Source of the DNA: Chrysomallon squamiferum
Lineage: Eukaryota; Animalia; Mollusca
DNA length: 64,000 bases
Direction of reading: 5' to 3'
Assembly: GCA_012295275.1 (NCBI GenBank)
Contig: CM022665.1
Span: forward strand, 28,334,001 to 28,398,000
Every line of letters starts with the position of its first letter. Position 1 is the first letter of the stretch. This document shows positions 14,010 to 28,747 of the stretch, piece by piece. Both the position numbers and the translations under genes were made by a program. The notes under the pieces were generated by a model, which worked only from the letters and a program-made list of their open reading frames with translations, had not been told where the DNA came from and did no database searches.

Positions 14010-14218
14010 CTGATGACTTTCGGGTGGTCGGAAATCGACTTCCATTTCCTCTTTGCCCATGGACAGTCTCCTGCTCTGTATTACAGTTTTCAGCTCTTCT
14101 TTAATCAGCGGAGTAAGTCGCCCAGTGGCCAGAACCTCCTTCGCCGCGTCTGCTAACTTTTGATCATATCCTGAGTCTGGTAGTGTACACAGATGTTCCA
14201 GCTCGTTGTATATTTCTT
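14010..14218 (-). CDS. G4 exon 2 (EEIYNELEHLCTL...GRLTPLIKEELKTVIQSRRLSMGKEEMEVDFRPPESHQ)
   Basis: Acceptor tttcag (phase 1) and donor CAG|gttttt (phase 0). ATF3-type motif, clearly paralogous to G5. Confidence 0.9.
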
Positions 14219-14330
14219 CTGAAATCAAGTTGATTTTTCGAATAATTAATATTAATGTATGCAAATTTTTAAGGTCCGTAAAATTGACTGTCAGTAGAGG
14301 AAAAAAATACACATACACATACACACACAC

Positions 14331-14385
<55 letters not shown>

Positions 14386-14663
14386 AACACACAGAGTAAT
14401 CCCCCTCCAACAACAACAACAATAATAATACGAATAATAATAATGATAATAATAAATTAAAAATAGTTAAGTAATATGAAAATGGGTCTTGTGAAAATAA
14501 AACGATTTATTTATATGTGGTCAAAGATTTTTAACTATTTTAAAAAATAATCTAATTATTAATAATTAGTCTATATAATTATGATACATATTTAAAAATA
14601 ATAATGTTCTCTAATCATTAATAAAAAAACGTAATTACTGTAATGCATTTACAAAATAAATAA

Positions 14664-14750
<87 letters not shown>

Positions 14751-15553
14751 GGTGGTGGTGACGATATAATAACAATCACAACAACAGCAACAGCAGCAAC
14801 AGCAATAACAACAACAATAATGATAATGATGATAACAAATCTTAAATCCATGAATAATAATGTATTTATTATTTAAAAGAAAACCAAATACTTTTTTAGT
14901 TATTATTTTTGAACAATAAGCATTTTTATACGCTATCTGTATTACAAAGCAAAACCAACGAAAACAATATTAAAAAGTGTATATGATAGCGAGTGTGCAT
15001 CAGTAAATAAAGATGTATAATATGAATACAGTTAATCAGTAATACGGCTAACTAAGTTTATAAACGAAATTATCATCTCATATTAACTAAGTCTAAAACG
15101 ACATAAACTATAGGGATATTTGCATATAAAGCACAACATATTTTTTTTTTGGAAATAATCGTTTTTATTTCTTGCCAACTCTTAGCACGATGTGTGCTAA
15201 TCTGGCCATTTATTAAATAAATAAAACATCGAGTCAGCAAAAAAACACAACAACAACACCAAACAAACTTTAAAACGTTGTCACGTGTTGTGCAATGTTT
15301 CATTTAAAAATTACATAGAACAGTTTTATGTACTGTTCGCTGTACAGACAAATTGACAGTAGATTTGTTTACATACACACTTACATAAATCGATATATTT
15401 ATCTTTAGGTGATCACAGGTTTCCAAAAAATGCGTTACAAAGTATCGTGAGGGAAACCGCAGACCCTACACAGCTTCAAAATGTTATTTATTTCATATTT
15501 CCGAATGATTGCACCAAAAATGGTTTTAAACAACAAACAATTAACAAACGTAC

Positions 15554-15566
15554 CTTGACTGATCAT
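15554..15566 (-). CDS. G4 putative first coding mini-exon (MISQ+G); model join(15566-15554,14218-14010,13354-13247,12363-12247), 148 aa
   Basis: gaaATG ATC AGT CAA G|gtacgt. The phase-1 donor matches the phase-1 acceptor of exon 2, and the exon lies just downstream of a motif-rich promoter. Confidence 0.65.
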
Positions 15567-15631
15567 TTCGGTATTGTCAACTAGTAAACTTATAATCTCA
15601 ATTGGCCGATTGAATACACGCGTTTTTCTGG

Positions 15632-15802
15632 TTATTTAAACTTGGACTCAATTCAACGAACAAGTTGAGACATGTCCTCGGATTTTCCCCCGATTTTTGT
15701 CAAGGGAGATCACTCTTGTATCCATATTCTAGTTTTTTTCTACTGTTTATTGCTAAACATAGCATTAGGGAATCCCCTTATTAAACACTGACCTTAAGGT
15801 CA
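15632..15802 (-). promoter_or_regulatory. Putative G4 promoter: p53-type element, two kB sites, everted nuclear-receptor repeat
   Basis: GAACAAGTTG-AGACATGTCC 15658-15677, GGATTTTCCC 15680-15689, GGGAATCCCC 15768-15777 and TGACCTTAAGGTCA 15789-15802. AT-rich TATA-like element near 15632-15640. Confidence 0.55.
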
Positions 15803-16311
15803 TGGCAATTGATTCTGTTTTCGTTAATCAAATTTTTTATAAGAGAATTTTTTTTTTTTAATTTTAAATGTTTTGTAAAGAAGATGTTTACTGAGTGTTC
15901 ATGTTCATTAGAGAAATTATTTTTCTAAAGTGTTTTACCAAACCTCCACGTGGACAGGCTGACGCAATGGCTAAAAATAAATCAACGTAAGGCATACGTA
16001 AGTTGTATTTTTTTTTTTTTTTTTTTTTTTCGACAGTCTCGCGACCTCTTGCAATCTCTTTATTATAAAATCAATAACAGAATGAATCTGAAACGAAACT
16101 GAGCTATTGTTTGCATGCCGTATTACTGTCCAGGAATATTTCAACACATACATATATAAACACCCACACACACCTACACCCCACATCCTCCCCCCCCCCC
16201 CCCACACACACTTAAAAGATTGCTGTATTTCAATTAAATAATGTCTGAAATGTTTTCCCCGCAGAGTATAAATATAATGAAAAAAAAATTAAAACAACGA
16301 CGACGACGATG

Positions 16312-16355
<44 letters not shown>

Positions 16356-17986
16356 AATAATAATAATAATAATAATAGTAAACATATTCATATGGTTCAG
16401 TGAATTGCTAAACGCAGGTTACCATGGAAACGTCCCTGAACAGTTCTGTTACTACTGAGAGACATTCCTATCCTTGTCACACCTATATTTTATTTCATCA
16501 TTAAAAATAACTGATGTAAAGAAATCGCTCGTTTGCGTCATTCTCAAACACAAACAGTGATCACAGAGAAAACTCCAAAAATGGAATTTAAATAAATTAA
16601 AAGGAAATAAAAAGAAACGAATAAAGAAAGGAAGGAAGGGACAAGAAAACGGAAAAAATTTATAAAAATCAAAGATAATAATTTTATTTAAACATGTAAA
16701 AGTTTCAGAACAGGTAAATTCAAACCTACGATTAGTTCAAAATAACACACGTTAAATCGGATCACTAGCCTTATTAACTCGTTTTTCATTCATCCATTCA
16801 TTCAGTCATTCGTTTCATTAATTCATTCGTTGTTCATTCATTCATTCATTCATTCATTCATTTTATTCATTTATTTTATTTATTTATTTTATTTTATTTT
16901 TTTTTTTTTTTTTTTTTTTTGATTATTCACTTGCTTTCTTACATACTTTTTTATTTGTTGGTAAATGTTAAAAATACAAAATGTCAGTATGTTGCTGATG
17001 ATGTGATGATGATTATGATGATAAAAATAAGGAAACAATGGGCTTTGTTTCGTTTGTTTTATCGGTAGGCGGTATTACCAACATACCTTGAAATGGAAAA
17101 GAAAAAAAAAAAAAAAGAAAGAAAAAAGATGACGCAAATTCTTAGGATTCTTTCATCAGTTTTCTGGCGATATTGATTTTGATTTTTGGAAAAGGTGTTG
17201 ACACCGTTTCATAATAAATTACCTTATTTTAAGACATCTTTGTTTGAAAATTAGTACTAAAATACTTTATTAATAGAATTATCCTTTCTTTTTTGCATCA
17301 GTTATGTTATTAATAATTATCTCAAATTGTATTTCATGGACTCGTACATTTCAAATATCTAATTTTGTTAATTATCATTTAAATATTTATTTGTGTTATT
17401 TAATCGAAAAAAACTGACCTTTTTTTTTTGTTTTATTATTTTTCTTTTCTTTTATTACATTTTTATTCTTATTTATTTATTTATTATTATTTTTTTTTGT
17501 TATTAGAAATCATTTTCTAAAATTATTTTCACGTGTAAATTTTAGACGCATTGCATCAGAAATTTACAAAACAGAAATAGCGCCAAGCCCAGTGGAAAAA
17601 TCCCGTTATATATTTTTTTTTTTTTTCTTTTCTTTCTCCTTTTCTGAAATATACCAGGAACATAACATATGAACTAGAATCTTTTGTGTTTGCTGTGTTA
17701 TTAATTAATTATAATTAACTTAGTTTATGCTGTATTTACATTTTTCAAGCCTAATGTACTGGTGTTAAAAATTCAGCAGTTCGAAGATGAACTAGAACTA
17801 CATAACAGCAATAACAATGAAATAAATGCAATACAAAACTATTCATTTTCATTTATCATGCTAATACAGTATACAGTAACCCAAATAGTGATTGCTCAGT
17901 TTACCGCTTCAAGATGAAATTAATTTCACTCTAAAGATAAATATTCAAAAAACAAACAAACAACCCCCCCCAAAACTTCAAAATAA

Positions 17987-18050
<64 letters not shown>

Positions 18051-18207
18051 GTAATTCGTCGTTCAAGCAAGAAGAAACAAGGGGGATGGGCGAGGAGCAT
18101 TTCCATCCAATCGCTTGAACTGAATTCTACTACTGCCGTAACGATCACCATCACCACCTCTACAACAACATCAACTACTACTACTACTACTACTACTACT
18201 ACGACTG

Positions 18208-18507
18208 CAGGTTGAGAATCTTTTATTAGAAATGCCTGGGACTGGAATGGAAGTGTTTCAGATTTTGGAATATAACGAGAAAACCTGAGTTCAGTAATCC
18301 AAGTTTGAACACGCATTCCCTTTATATTTCATACACAGTTTATACATATAGTCTGCAGGATTTTATATATATATAAAACAGTTTCAATAATTTTAGCCAT
18401 AAAATAAAGTTTGTGAATGCAAAACAATCCAAAAACTATAAGCTATCAAGTTTCGTATTTCGGACCTGTTCGGATTTCGGAATTTCGGATAAGAGATCCT
18501 CAGCATA
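18208..18507 (+). mobile_element. Tc1/mariner-pogo (Tigger4/MER46-like) MITE, degenerate
   Basis: Left end CAGGTTGAGAATCTTTTATTAGAAATGCCTGGGAC...GTGTTTCAGATTTTGG; right end TTCGGATTTCGG...GATAAGAGATCCTCAGC. A second copy lies at 46648-46847. Confidence 0.6.
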
Positions 18508-18925
18508 TAACAATGAAAAAAAAAAAAAAAAAAATATATATATAAATAATTTTTAAACGCTTTATTCCAAATTTGTAACGTGGTATCAAGTCATTTTCAT
18601 ATGTTATCGCAAATTTAGTTATTGGTCACAAATGAATATTCAGTTACAAACTTTCAGTATTTGATTTTCTATTCGGTGTCACGCATTATAATGGTGCACG
18701 TTAATACAAGAAATATTCAAGGTCATATGTAGGAATGATTCTTTAAAACAGTCGTGATGTATTGTGGGTTTATAATTATATATATGTTGTTTGTTTGTTT
18801 GTCTTTTTTTTTTTTTTTTTTTTTTTAAATGAAGATAAATTACCAGATGCATGCAGTTTTATCAATTAATTTAATTTAATTTAATTATTGTTATTGTTAT
18901 TATTATTATTATTTTATTATTGTTA

Positions 18926-18975
<50 letters not shown>

Positions 18976-20054
18976 TGAATTGCCTTTAACAGCAGCCTTC
19001 TGAGTGTATATAACAATTTTCTTGCATACAGAATCATTTTTACATTTAAATTTTCTTCTTCTTTCAAATACTTATTTTTGTTTATATTTAATAAGACAGG
19101 TAGGTGCTGTTAAAGATTCGCGGATATATGAAAGGCTGTTTATAATCTGTCTGGCCAAACAATAACGAAAAAATATTATGCAAAGCTGGTAGATTGAGAA
19201 TATAAGCTAGAATTAAAGATTTGACATATCTTTATATGACAGCTTACGGTTCCAGAATCAGTGAACCGAACGACGAAATATCAATATCTATATGTATATA
19301 AATTATTATATATATATATTTATATATATGTAATTATGAATGTATTTAAGAATTCACACAGACACACGCACACACGCACACACGAACAAATACAAAGATA
19401 CATATCGAAATGTCAACGAAATATCGAGTATGTAGCAGTTATGTAAATGGTTATTATTATGCATGGATATACGAATATATTTGTGAATGCATATAAGAAT
19501 ACACACATACATACATACACAACACACACACACATACAAACATCCCCCCACACACAAACATACAAAAAAAACATACAAACACAACACAAAACACACAAAC
19601 ACAGACATCACAAAAACACGAAAACGCAGAAGAAAAACAAACGGTACAATTTCATCTAAACACAACTTTTATTTTCGTCTTAGAAAAATATGAAAGACTG
19701 TTGAAGACAGTTATAATCAACAAACAGACAAAGTACACAACGGGAATTACAAAAGTCCTGAAAACACTTTCAGACTCTTCTACAAGTTTTTGTCCACGAC
19801 TCGAGTTTATAAAACTCAAGGACTAAAACAGCAGATAAATAAATAAACGACAAAAAAGAAAATGAAAATGATTAAATGTACTGAACATCGGGAATGATGC
19901 TGCAAAAAGTTTCGATGTATGATGCAATATGTCTGTATGAAAGTATTGTGTTTTACATCGACGTATAATTTTACTTCACAACGGACTAAAAAATAGATAA
20001 CGGCCGTAAACAAAACATTTTAAAATTGGCATACAAGGTCAGAAATAACAGACG

Positions 20055-20135
<81 letters not shown>

Positions 20136-20565
20136 TTTAATATCAGTGTGTATGAGTTTCAAATAAATACTTTTTTTCTCCGCCTTGTTTATTGCTATTT
20201 ACACACCTTTAACGACGCCAATTGACATTTAAAAAAAATGTTTTACGATTAGTGTAAATCAAAATAAAATATTACAAGCACTGGACTTATTGACAGAAGT
20301 TAGACTGTAAACATTTTATACAATTACTGTAACAGAATACACTGTTAAATACACGTTTTAGAATGGGCTCTTTTTATTTCCTTATTTTACGAGTTTAGTG
20401 TATTTATAAAGAATCAGTCAACAGTGGTTTTAAACAGTTAATAAATAGTTCGTACACTGAACTGTCTGATGCAAGTTCTAAACGCCTCCGTACGCAATTA
20501 GGTGAAATCTGATGCAAGAGATAGATGATATGGACAATCGAATGACGGAATAAGTGGTTGAACTC

Positions 20566-20634
<69 letters not shown>

Positions 20635-20859
20635 AATAATAAATAGAAATACTAATATCGAGGTATTTTAACTGTTACCATTAAACGTAATGGTACAAAT
20701 ATATATATCTATAAGCAATTTTGTATAATTTTTGATGTTTGCTGTAATCTGAAATTATCAAATTATATAAAGGCTTATGTTCTATGGGGAAACTTATTTT
20801 TCTAATGATGGTTTTTTCTATCGAATAAATAAAACAAATACTTTAAATAAATACTGATA

Positions 20860-20950
<91 letters not shown>

Positions 20951-21394
20951 AATAATATATATAAATAAAAGTGTTACTACTCATAGTTAATTAATTATTA
21001 ATAAACTAATTAAAAATATGAGAAAACTGCAGGAGTGGAAATGTGCTATTTACTGTATGCCGTTGTACAGTTTCCACCTATGACCAAAGGGAAAAAAAAA
21101 AAAAAAAAAAGAACCGAATAACAACAGTGTGAAATGATACATTATATATGAGATCGTCACCTGTTGATTATTTTGAAATCTGTTTTGTTTCACATTTGTT
21201 TTTTTTTTTTTTGTTCTTCATATAAAAACTAGAATGAAGAAAGTGGTCTTTCTGACAGACATCTTGTGTGTTTACATTTTACAAATGCATGCACAGAAGT
21301 CCATGTCCAAACTTCTGAGGCAGAAAATGACGTTTTACATGTCACGTCATATGCCGATCCAAGCCGAGAAGTGTCACCATTCGAAAACGACAGC

Positions 21395-21622
21395 TCACGA
21401 GATATTCATGGCTTCGGGAACGGTTTGTGGCGGAGGCGACTGACATCCTTCGTGAATATTCGCAAGAGGCATGACGTCATTGTTCGTGATAGCGCGCCAG
21501 GGCACGGTTTTATTTCTAATATAACTTGACCTCAGAAACGTTTCCAGTTGTGATTTCTCGTGTTCTAATGCCTGTAACTTCCGCAGCAATTCTTTGTGTT
21601 GCTCCTCGAGTGCCGTCAGTGT
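21395..21622 (-). CDS. G3 last exon (zipper TLTALEEQHKELLRKLQALEHEKSQLETFL + C-terminal tail)
   Basis: Acceptor tttcag, 228 nt, phase 0, heptad leucines. Corresponds to ORF 21395..21640. Confidence 0.88.
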   Translation of the reverse strand, partial: TLTALEEQHKELLRKLQALEHEKSQLETFLRSSYIRNKTVPWRAITNNDVMPLANIHEGCQSPPPQTVPEAMNIS

Positions 21623-22638
21623 CTGAAATAACGAAAACACAACAGAAAATTAATTTTATAACCAAACTTTAGCCTACTTTTCAATTCTGACCTTGCGACA
21701 GTAATAATACTATAACGCATGAGATTGTTTCGGTCGAATAGGCAGTCGTATTCAATCGACTAATTGTTTTACGTCTACGTTAAAGCCATTGGCTCACAAC
21801 AACAAGAACAGCAACAACAACAACAACAACAACAACAAAGATTAACCACTCGGTCAATTAATCAAATCAAATGCTGTTAACATTATGAATGTTTTATGAC
21901 TAAATTAAATACTTTATCATTGTTCATCGACAACATTAGTATTCTTTGTTCTAATCCAATATAAAACGAGAAAAGCACGGAATTAAAAACAAAAAAAACT
22001 GGTGTTAATGTGAGACCGCATCATGCACTAACATAGTTTGTTAACCAACATACCAATTAATATGGGCTGAAGCTTTTAGAAAACGTACGGCGTAAAACAA
22101 AACTGTTTTGTTTTGTTTGTGTTTGTTTTTAATTTTTTAATGAATGTAATACAAGTAGACAGCGACTGATGCGTAAAATAGGTTTCGATTCAAAACTGGG
22201 CTATTGTATTAAACGGTCAAAACAACAAAGTAAACGAGAGAACCGAAACACTCTGTTAAGAAAAGTGTAATTATTCCGTGTGTACGAGTTTTGTTATACG
22301 TGTAGTTGTTTACGTAGAAGGAAATAATTTGAAACTGAAACTGGTGGAAAAAAAAAAAAAAAAAAAAAAAACATTTCTTTTTGGACGCCGTCCAAAAAGG
22401 TGTATCGTATATCGTAAAACAAGACGGTGTACACGTACCGCGTCACTGACTCTGTAGTCGTGATGGTCGTCGCATACGCTGCTTGGTCACACTTTTTTTT
22501 TTTTAAATTACGGTTTGCTGAAAATTTATGTTTTTATCAAAGTGGAGCGTCAGAAGAGAAAGAAATACAGCGGGTAATCGAGAGATGGAAACAAAACAGA
22601 TATTGCAAATATACGTATGTCAGATAGAGAGTGTATTA

Positions 22639-22685
<47 letters not shown>

Positions 22686-23025
22686 CGTGTGAAAGGATAT
22701 AGAAACTGAGAACGAAGCTGAAGGAAGAAAACGAAGTGGATCGAGAATGACTGAAGGAGAGTGAAATAAAGATATGGATGGACAGAAAGAGGAACAGTGG
22801 TGTGGAGAAAGAAAGAAGGACTGGAATCGAAAAAGAATGGCGCACGTTTCTAAGTGAAAGAAAAACTGTGGCTACCCAGTGAAAGAGACAGACAGACAAA
22901 AGACAGAGAGTTAGTAGACTTTACTCTGACACGTAGAAACAGCCACAGAAATATAAACATGCACATTGTTAGTTGTTGTTGTTTTAAAAGAAACATTTAA
23001 CTATATTTTAAAAAGCAGTGGGTAC

Positions 23026-23127
23026 CTTTTTCTGGGAGAGATCTTGTTCCTTTCTGCGAGCCCTGTACGCCTGCGCCGACACCTTGTTTCTCTCGCGTCT
23101 CCGCTGTTTTCTCCTGTTCAGTATAGC
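23026..23127 (-). CDS. G3 basic-region exon (AILNRRKQRRRERNKVSAQAYRARRKEQDLSQKK)
   Basis: 102 nt, acceptor ttgcag, donor AAG|gtaccc. RRRERNK bZIP signature. Confidence 0.92.
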
Positions 23128-23553
23128 CTGCAAGATAGACCAAGTAACACGAATAAATCTCATAGTTCTTAAACACACACACACACACACACAGACACAC
23201 ACAGACACACACACACACAAAGCTTTTCTCAGAAATGTCTTATTTTCATTTTCTTTTCTCCGCAGCTTCATTATGAATTCATGATTTCACTCTTTCTATT
23301 TCTGTCTGTCTGTGTGTTTGTTGTTGTTGTTTTGTTGTTGTTGTTGTTGTTTTGTGTGTGTGTTGTTGTTGTTGTTTTTTACTATATAATTTATATACAT
23401 TTTTTTTTCGTATGTTAAAGTAACAAATTCCTAGATAAGTTACTTAAATATGCAAAGTGAAATTACTGGAATTCCTTACTCTAAAAATAAACTGGATAGT
23501 GAAACCTCGACATAGACAAAGTCATTCATAAAGTATGTTGTTGTTGTTGCTGC

Positions 23554-23610
<57 letters not shown>

Positions 23611-24585
23611 ATATATAAAAAAAGAAATAATGCGAATAGAAAATAATAATGTTAATAATTATAATAAAAACAAATAGAATAGATAAATAAAAAGGAGATG
23701 ATTTAGCTAAAGACGATTTTTTAAATAAATAATATTGCAGAATGTCTATTTTTCTCCTCATTCCAGCTCTCATTTACTAATGTTTTTTGTTTGTTTTTGT
23801 TGTTCCTGCTGCTAATTCGTTAAAACGGTGCCAACTTAATCACAGATCAAACGTATTTCCAGTTAAACTTATAACACACACTGACATGCAGCGAATTTTA
23901 TTTCCTATTAATTTCAAAACAAGCTGAAACATTAACCAAAACTAATGCTAAACGTAACTTCTACTGGCCTGATTATAATAACAATAATTAACATAGGTAA
24001 CAAAACAATTAAAATATATAAATGTAATTCGTTCAGTAACTCATTAATAATAATAATAAGAAGAAGAAAGTCTATATCAATGTTTAAACAGAAAACAAGA
24101 GTTATGTCCCTTCCCCTGTGTTCGTACGGTGGCCTACTTTATCAGCTGTTTGTCAGCTGGCCTACATGGACCGAAATCCGATTTTACGCATTTGAAGTCG
24201 ATGCTGTTCTTTCTGTTAACGTTCAAACACCAAACTCCACCATGCATCTCAAATACACCTTTTATCTAATACAATATTCACTTCTGTTGCAATGATAATT
24301 AGCAACATGATTCTAGTGATTTGTAGCGGCGTGTTTTTCAACAAATAAACAACGTTGATCGACATTCAAGGCCTCTCTCATCGTAATAATCATAGTTGTT
24401 TACAAAACTCGTTTGTGCAGTAACTCGGCCAGTACGTACTAATGTTTTTGTTTTTGCTTTTGCACTAGTATCGTGTGCATCAGTCTGCTGTGTTATTTAT
24501 TCGGAATACGATTAAACAGAAATCACAAGTGTGAATATTTAACACATTTTTCAAGGGGAAAATCTGTAACACGGAAATACTTTAC

Positions 24586-24828
24586 CTCTCTTTCGGCGGC
24601 GTTGTTTTTGCAGAACATGTCAACAGAGTACCCTCCGTCTGATTCCCAGATCGAGTCGCTAGACAACCCACAGTCTGACTCTGCTGCCAGTTCCCGGGCT
24701 TCTACCCCGGGTCCCAGCGGCTGGGTAGATCTCGGAACGGAATCGACATCGCTAACACTGCTGACCGACTCTCCTGAAGTGTGCCGGCTTCTTGGCCGCT
24801 GAAAATTTTGACAGACGATTCGTACCAT
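24586..24828 (-). CDS. G3 putative first coding exon (MVRIVCQNFQRPRSRHTSGESV...NNAAERE); model join(24828-24586,23127-23026,21622-21395), 190 aa
   Basis: GC-rich Ser/acidic ORF with ATG at 24828 and donor GAG|gtaaag in phase 0. It is the nearest suitable upstream exon. Confidence 0.72.
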
Positions 24829-24984
24829 TATTTCAAAAAGAGTCTTATGCGATTGTAAAACACAGGCTCCGTGAATGAACTCAAACGGCAGCGACAACAA
24901 CAACAACAACGACCCTCTCTGCCCCGGTGAATCTTGTTCCAATGGCTATCTCAGCCTAATGCGCTTCGACTGAACCGAATCAGC

Positions 24985-25352
24985 TGTATATTTCTCCGGA
25001 AACTTGCGTCAGAACAGCTCTTCAACTTTAAACTATGACCTCTAATGACTATGCATAGAATCAACCTGCCTTTCGCTAAGTCTGGCCAATCACAAGCTGG
25101 GTGTAGCGGCAAAAGTATGAACGAGCTCATGAATAGTTATTAGGGTGTGCCCTTCACCTATGAACAAATGTTCTCGATTGCTCTTGGTGATGAAATAAGG
25201 CTGTGTATAAATATAATCAGAAGCTGACGTGTAGGCTTATAATAAAATCAAGTCATCTACGTTTAGGAATGTCAGCAGGGAAATCCTTAACTAAAAAAAG
25301 CATAAGCGATAAGTATAGCGACTCATTATCCTATGATAAAATCCTTACGTCA
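24985..25352 (-). promoter_or_regulatory. Putative G3 promoter
   Basis: TATA-like element near 24987-24992, TGACGCAA near 25003-25010, CCAAT 25086, TGACGT 25225, GGGAAATCC 25278 and TTACGTCA 25345-25352. Confidence 0.4.
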
Positions 25353-25517
25353 TCAAATTTGTACAGTTTACAGAGGGAGGGGGTGTGGGAAAACGTTTGA
25401 ATAATGAGATTATATAGATATTATTAAAGTACATTTGTCAGTTAGCAATCATTGAACGAATGCTTCATATCAATAATTATCATCTGTTTAGTTTTAATAT
25501 TTAAATTAATCTGAATG

Positions 25518-25572
<55 letters not shown>

Positions 25573-28245
25573 TAAGAATGAATTTAATGAGTAAATACAA
25601 TATTTGCTTAAGCAAATAATTAATAACTATTTTTTAGTAAATAGATTATCGTCTTCTTCTTCTACTTCTTTTTCTTCTTTTTCTTCTTCTTCTTCTTCTT
25701 CTTCTTATTATTATTATTGCAGTTTGCTTTTTAAGTAGAATACCGTTTCAGGTTTGGATGGAAATAAAGAAGGAGCTACATTATATTCTAATCTTTTTTT
25801 CCTTCCTTCCTCTTCATGTTGCTTGCACGAAACTGGTATTTCTTTCACGTGTCTTGTCACATTCTGTTATCTCGTTTTCTAATCTCAGCTTCACAACCTA
25901 CCAACACTACGCCAACTCCTGCACCACTGCACCAACCCCACAGAACCACACCCATTCCCGCAGCTCCCCCAGTAACCGTCCTTCAAGTAAAGAAAATCAT
26001 CTTGTGTTTCATTTTCCTTAAGCAGCAAGTTCTTATGACGTGTTATTATATATAACATTAAACAAAATCAATAACCTAAAAAAAAAAAAAAAAGTAAAAA
26101 AGTAAAGAAAGAAAAAGAAAAACATGGAAAAAGACTAAGAAAAAAGAAAACGAAAAACAGAACTGAAGAAAAAAATAGGTATCGCATGATATTTTTTTTT
26201 TTTTTTTTTATTTTTTTTTTTTTAAAGTGTTTAACTTACGGAATAAGTGCACCCATGCTTTTATCGGTTAATATATGAAACGGCATTGTACGCCAGCCAC
26301 AAAGCACGCGTTACTGCCGTGAACATTTCAGTTACGTTACTCTCTCAGCACGCTCGACTGTGCTGCTTGTGGCTGTGCGCTTAAAAAGACACGTAACCGA
26401 AGTAACCCACACGTAACGAGGGATACAGTGTGTATTACACGCCTCAGTAATCGGGTCTTCGGCGCTGTGCTATGTTGACAGTGATACCGCGTATTGATCG
26501 GGTTTGTTTTACATAATATGAAGTGTTTGTGTGCTCGGGAAATAACTCGTACGAACAGCGATGGACGGGTTCACAGGAGGGCGTGGCGAACAGTCTGAGT
26601 AATCTCTCTTTCTGTCTGTCTGTCTGTCTGTCTCTGCGTCTGTGTGATTCTGTCTCTCATTGTTTCATCATCCGCTTCTCGCTATTTGTTTCCTCTTTCG
26701 GTCTACATTGTCTGTTTCATCATCAGCCTTTCTTTTTCCGCTTCGTCCTCTTTCTATCTCTCCACATATGTGTGTGTGTGTGTGTGTGTGTGTGTTAAAA
26801 AAATAAAGATAATAAAATTCACATTTAGATTTAGACAAAGTAATAATTAATAATAACAACGACAGCAGCAACAACAACAGACATACACACAAAAAAATAT
26901 ATATATATTTATATATAGACTGAATAAATAAAAAAGTCATATCAAATTGTTTTTGCTCACGTAATCATTACACAATATAAACAATGTACTCTGTATAATC
27001 AGTCACTGCAAAAGTGCATGTGACCTCTCTCTTTTACCTTTCTAATCCTTGTCTGTCCTTCATCTGTAACAAACAATTAGACAAGATTACAAACAACAGA
27101 CATTCCACACCGTCAGTGATTAATACAAGATTATGATATTGCTCAACAGTCAATAATCGTTTGTCAATAATCACTGTGGCGACACAATTTTATTATACAG
27201 ACAGGAGTTCACATTTACTATACAGACTGGGTCTTCGGGTAAGTAACCTATGGTTACTAGATACAATTATTGTTTTATTTTTCACTAGGAAGATTGCACT
27301 GGTATCAAGTCCGCAAGATAAATATCAGACACCTGTTATATTATTATTAATAATAAAAATAAACATTTGCTTTACGATAAGTTAAAACATTTTATTTTTG
27401 ACACTTATAAGGTGAAGAACATAAAATTTCTGATAACAATGAAATAAGATAAGAAACCCATATAGGTTACTCCAGAAAACGATATAAAATCGTGATGGAA
27501 CACTGATTAGAATGGGAAAATAGCAGAGAGAGCGTACCGAGTAACTTTGATCCCGCTACCTGTCTCTATCATCATAAGAAAATGTTTTACAGTAACGCAA
27601 TTAACATCTTATTATAATTTATTTATTTATTTATTTTTTGTATTTTTTTCCCCAAGTAATATTTTGACATTCTAAAACGTTTCATTACTTTAAGAATCCA
27701 TTTATTTGTAATCGCATAAAAAGTGAAATGTTAAATAATTGAAAGCAATATATATATATATATATATATTATCACCCATGCATTCAAATTCTAAGATATG
27801 CGCGTGTGTGTTTGCACGTGTGTATGTGTTTGTACGCGTATTACGTATACATATGTGGATATATGTGTGTCTTTCAAATTGAAACGTTTAAATGAAATTC
27901 AAGACAGTCTATTTTCAAAGCGGAGTCTCTGACCTAGTCTGGTATGATACGTGTCCGGCTGCACAGACAACAGTGAAAGCAGGTATGTCGTTACCCCGTG
28001 GAATGTCGCTAGAAACGTAAACAGAATCGTCAGCGTTGCGTTGTCATGACGTTGTCATCGTTCTGACATTACACATTCCGGAAAATATTTATTATTAATG
28101 ACATTTGTTTCCCCCCATGCACCTGACATTTTCAAAGTTTTTTTTTTTTTTTTTTTTTTTTTTTCTTTCTTTTTTGTTGTTGCGTTATTTTTTTAAATTT
28201 TAAATTTTTGTTTAAGTGATTGTAACTAATTATTATTATTATTAA

Positions 28246-28301
<56 letters not shown>

Positions 28302-28689
28302 GCAGTAGAAGTAAAACAAAATATTAATACATTAAACACGCAAAATGCAACCCACAGTAAGTATACTTTCAATGGAAAATCGTAGAAATATTTCTACATC
28401 TGTATTTTTTTTTCTCATTATCTTTTTATTATTATTATTATTTAAATTTTTTTATGTTTTGTTTAAAGCCGGTGATAACAGGTAACGACGGCGGAAATGC
28501 AGTGGCTGAGAAACACTGTGAAAAGACGATGATGCAATAACATACGTGTGTTACAGATTATTCAGAGTAGTAGATAAACAAGAGATTATTTATATTACTT
28601 TTTCTTAAAACGGTTTTTGCTTTCTACGTAAACACATTTAAGTAATTTTAAGTTGTTGTCTCAATACTTTGTACATATGATTTTTAAAT

Positions 28690-28747
<58 letters not shown>

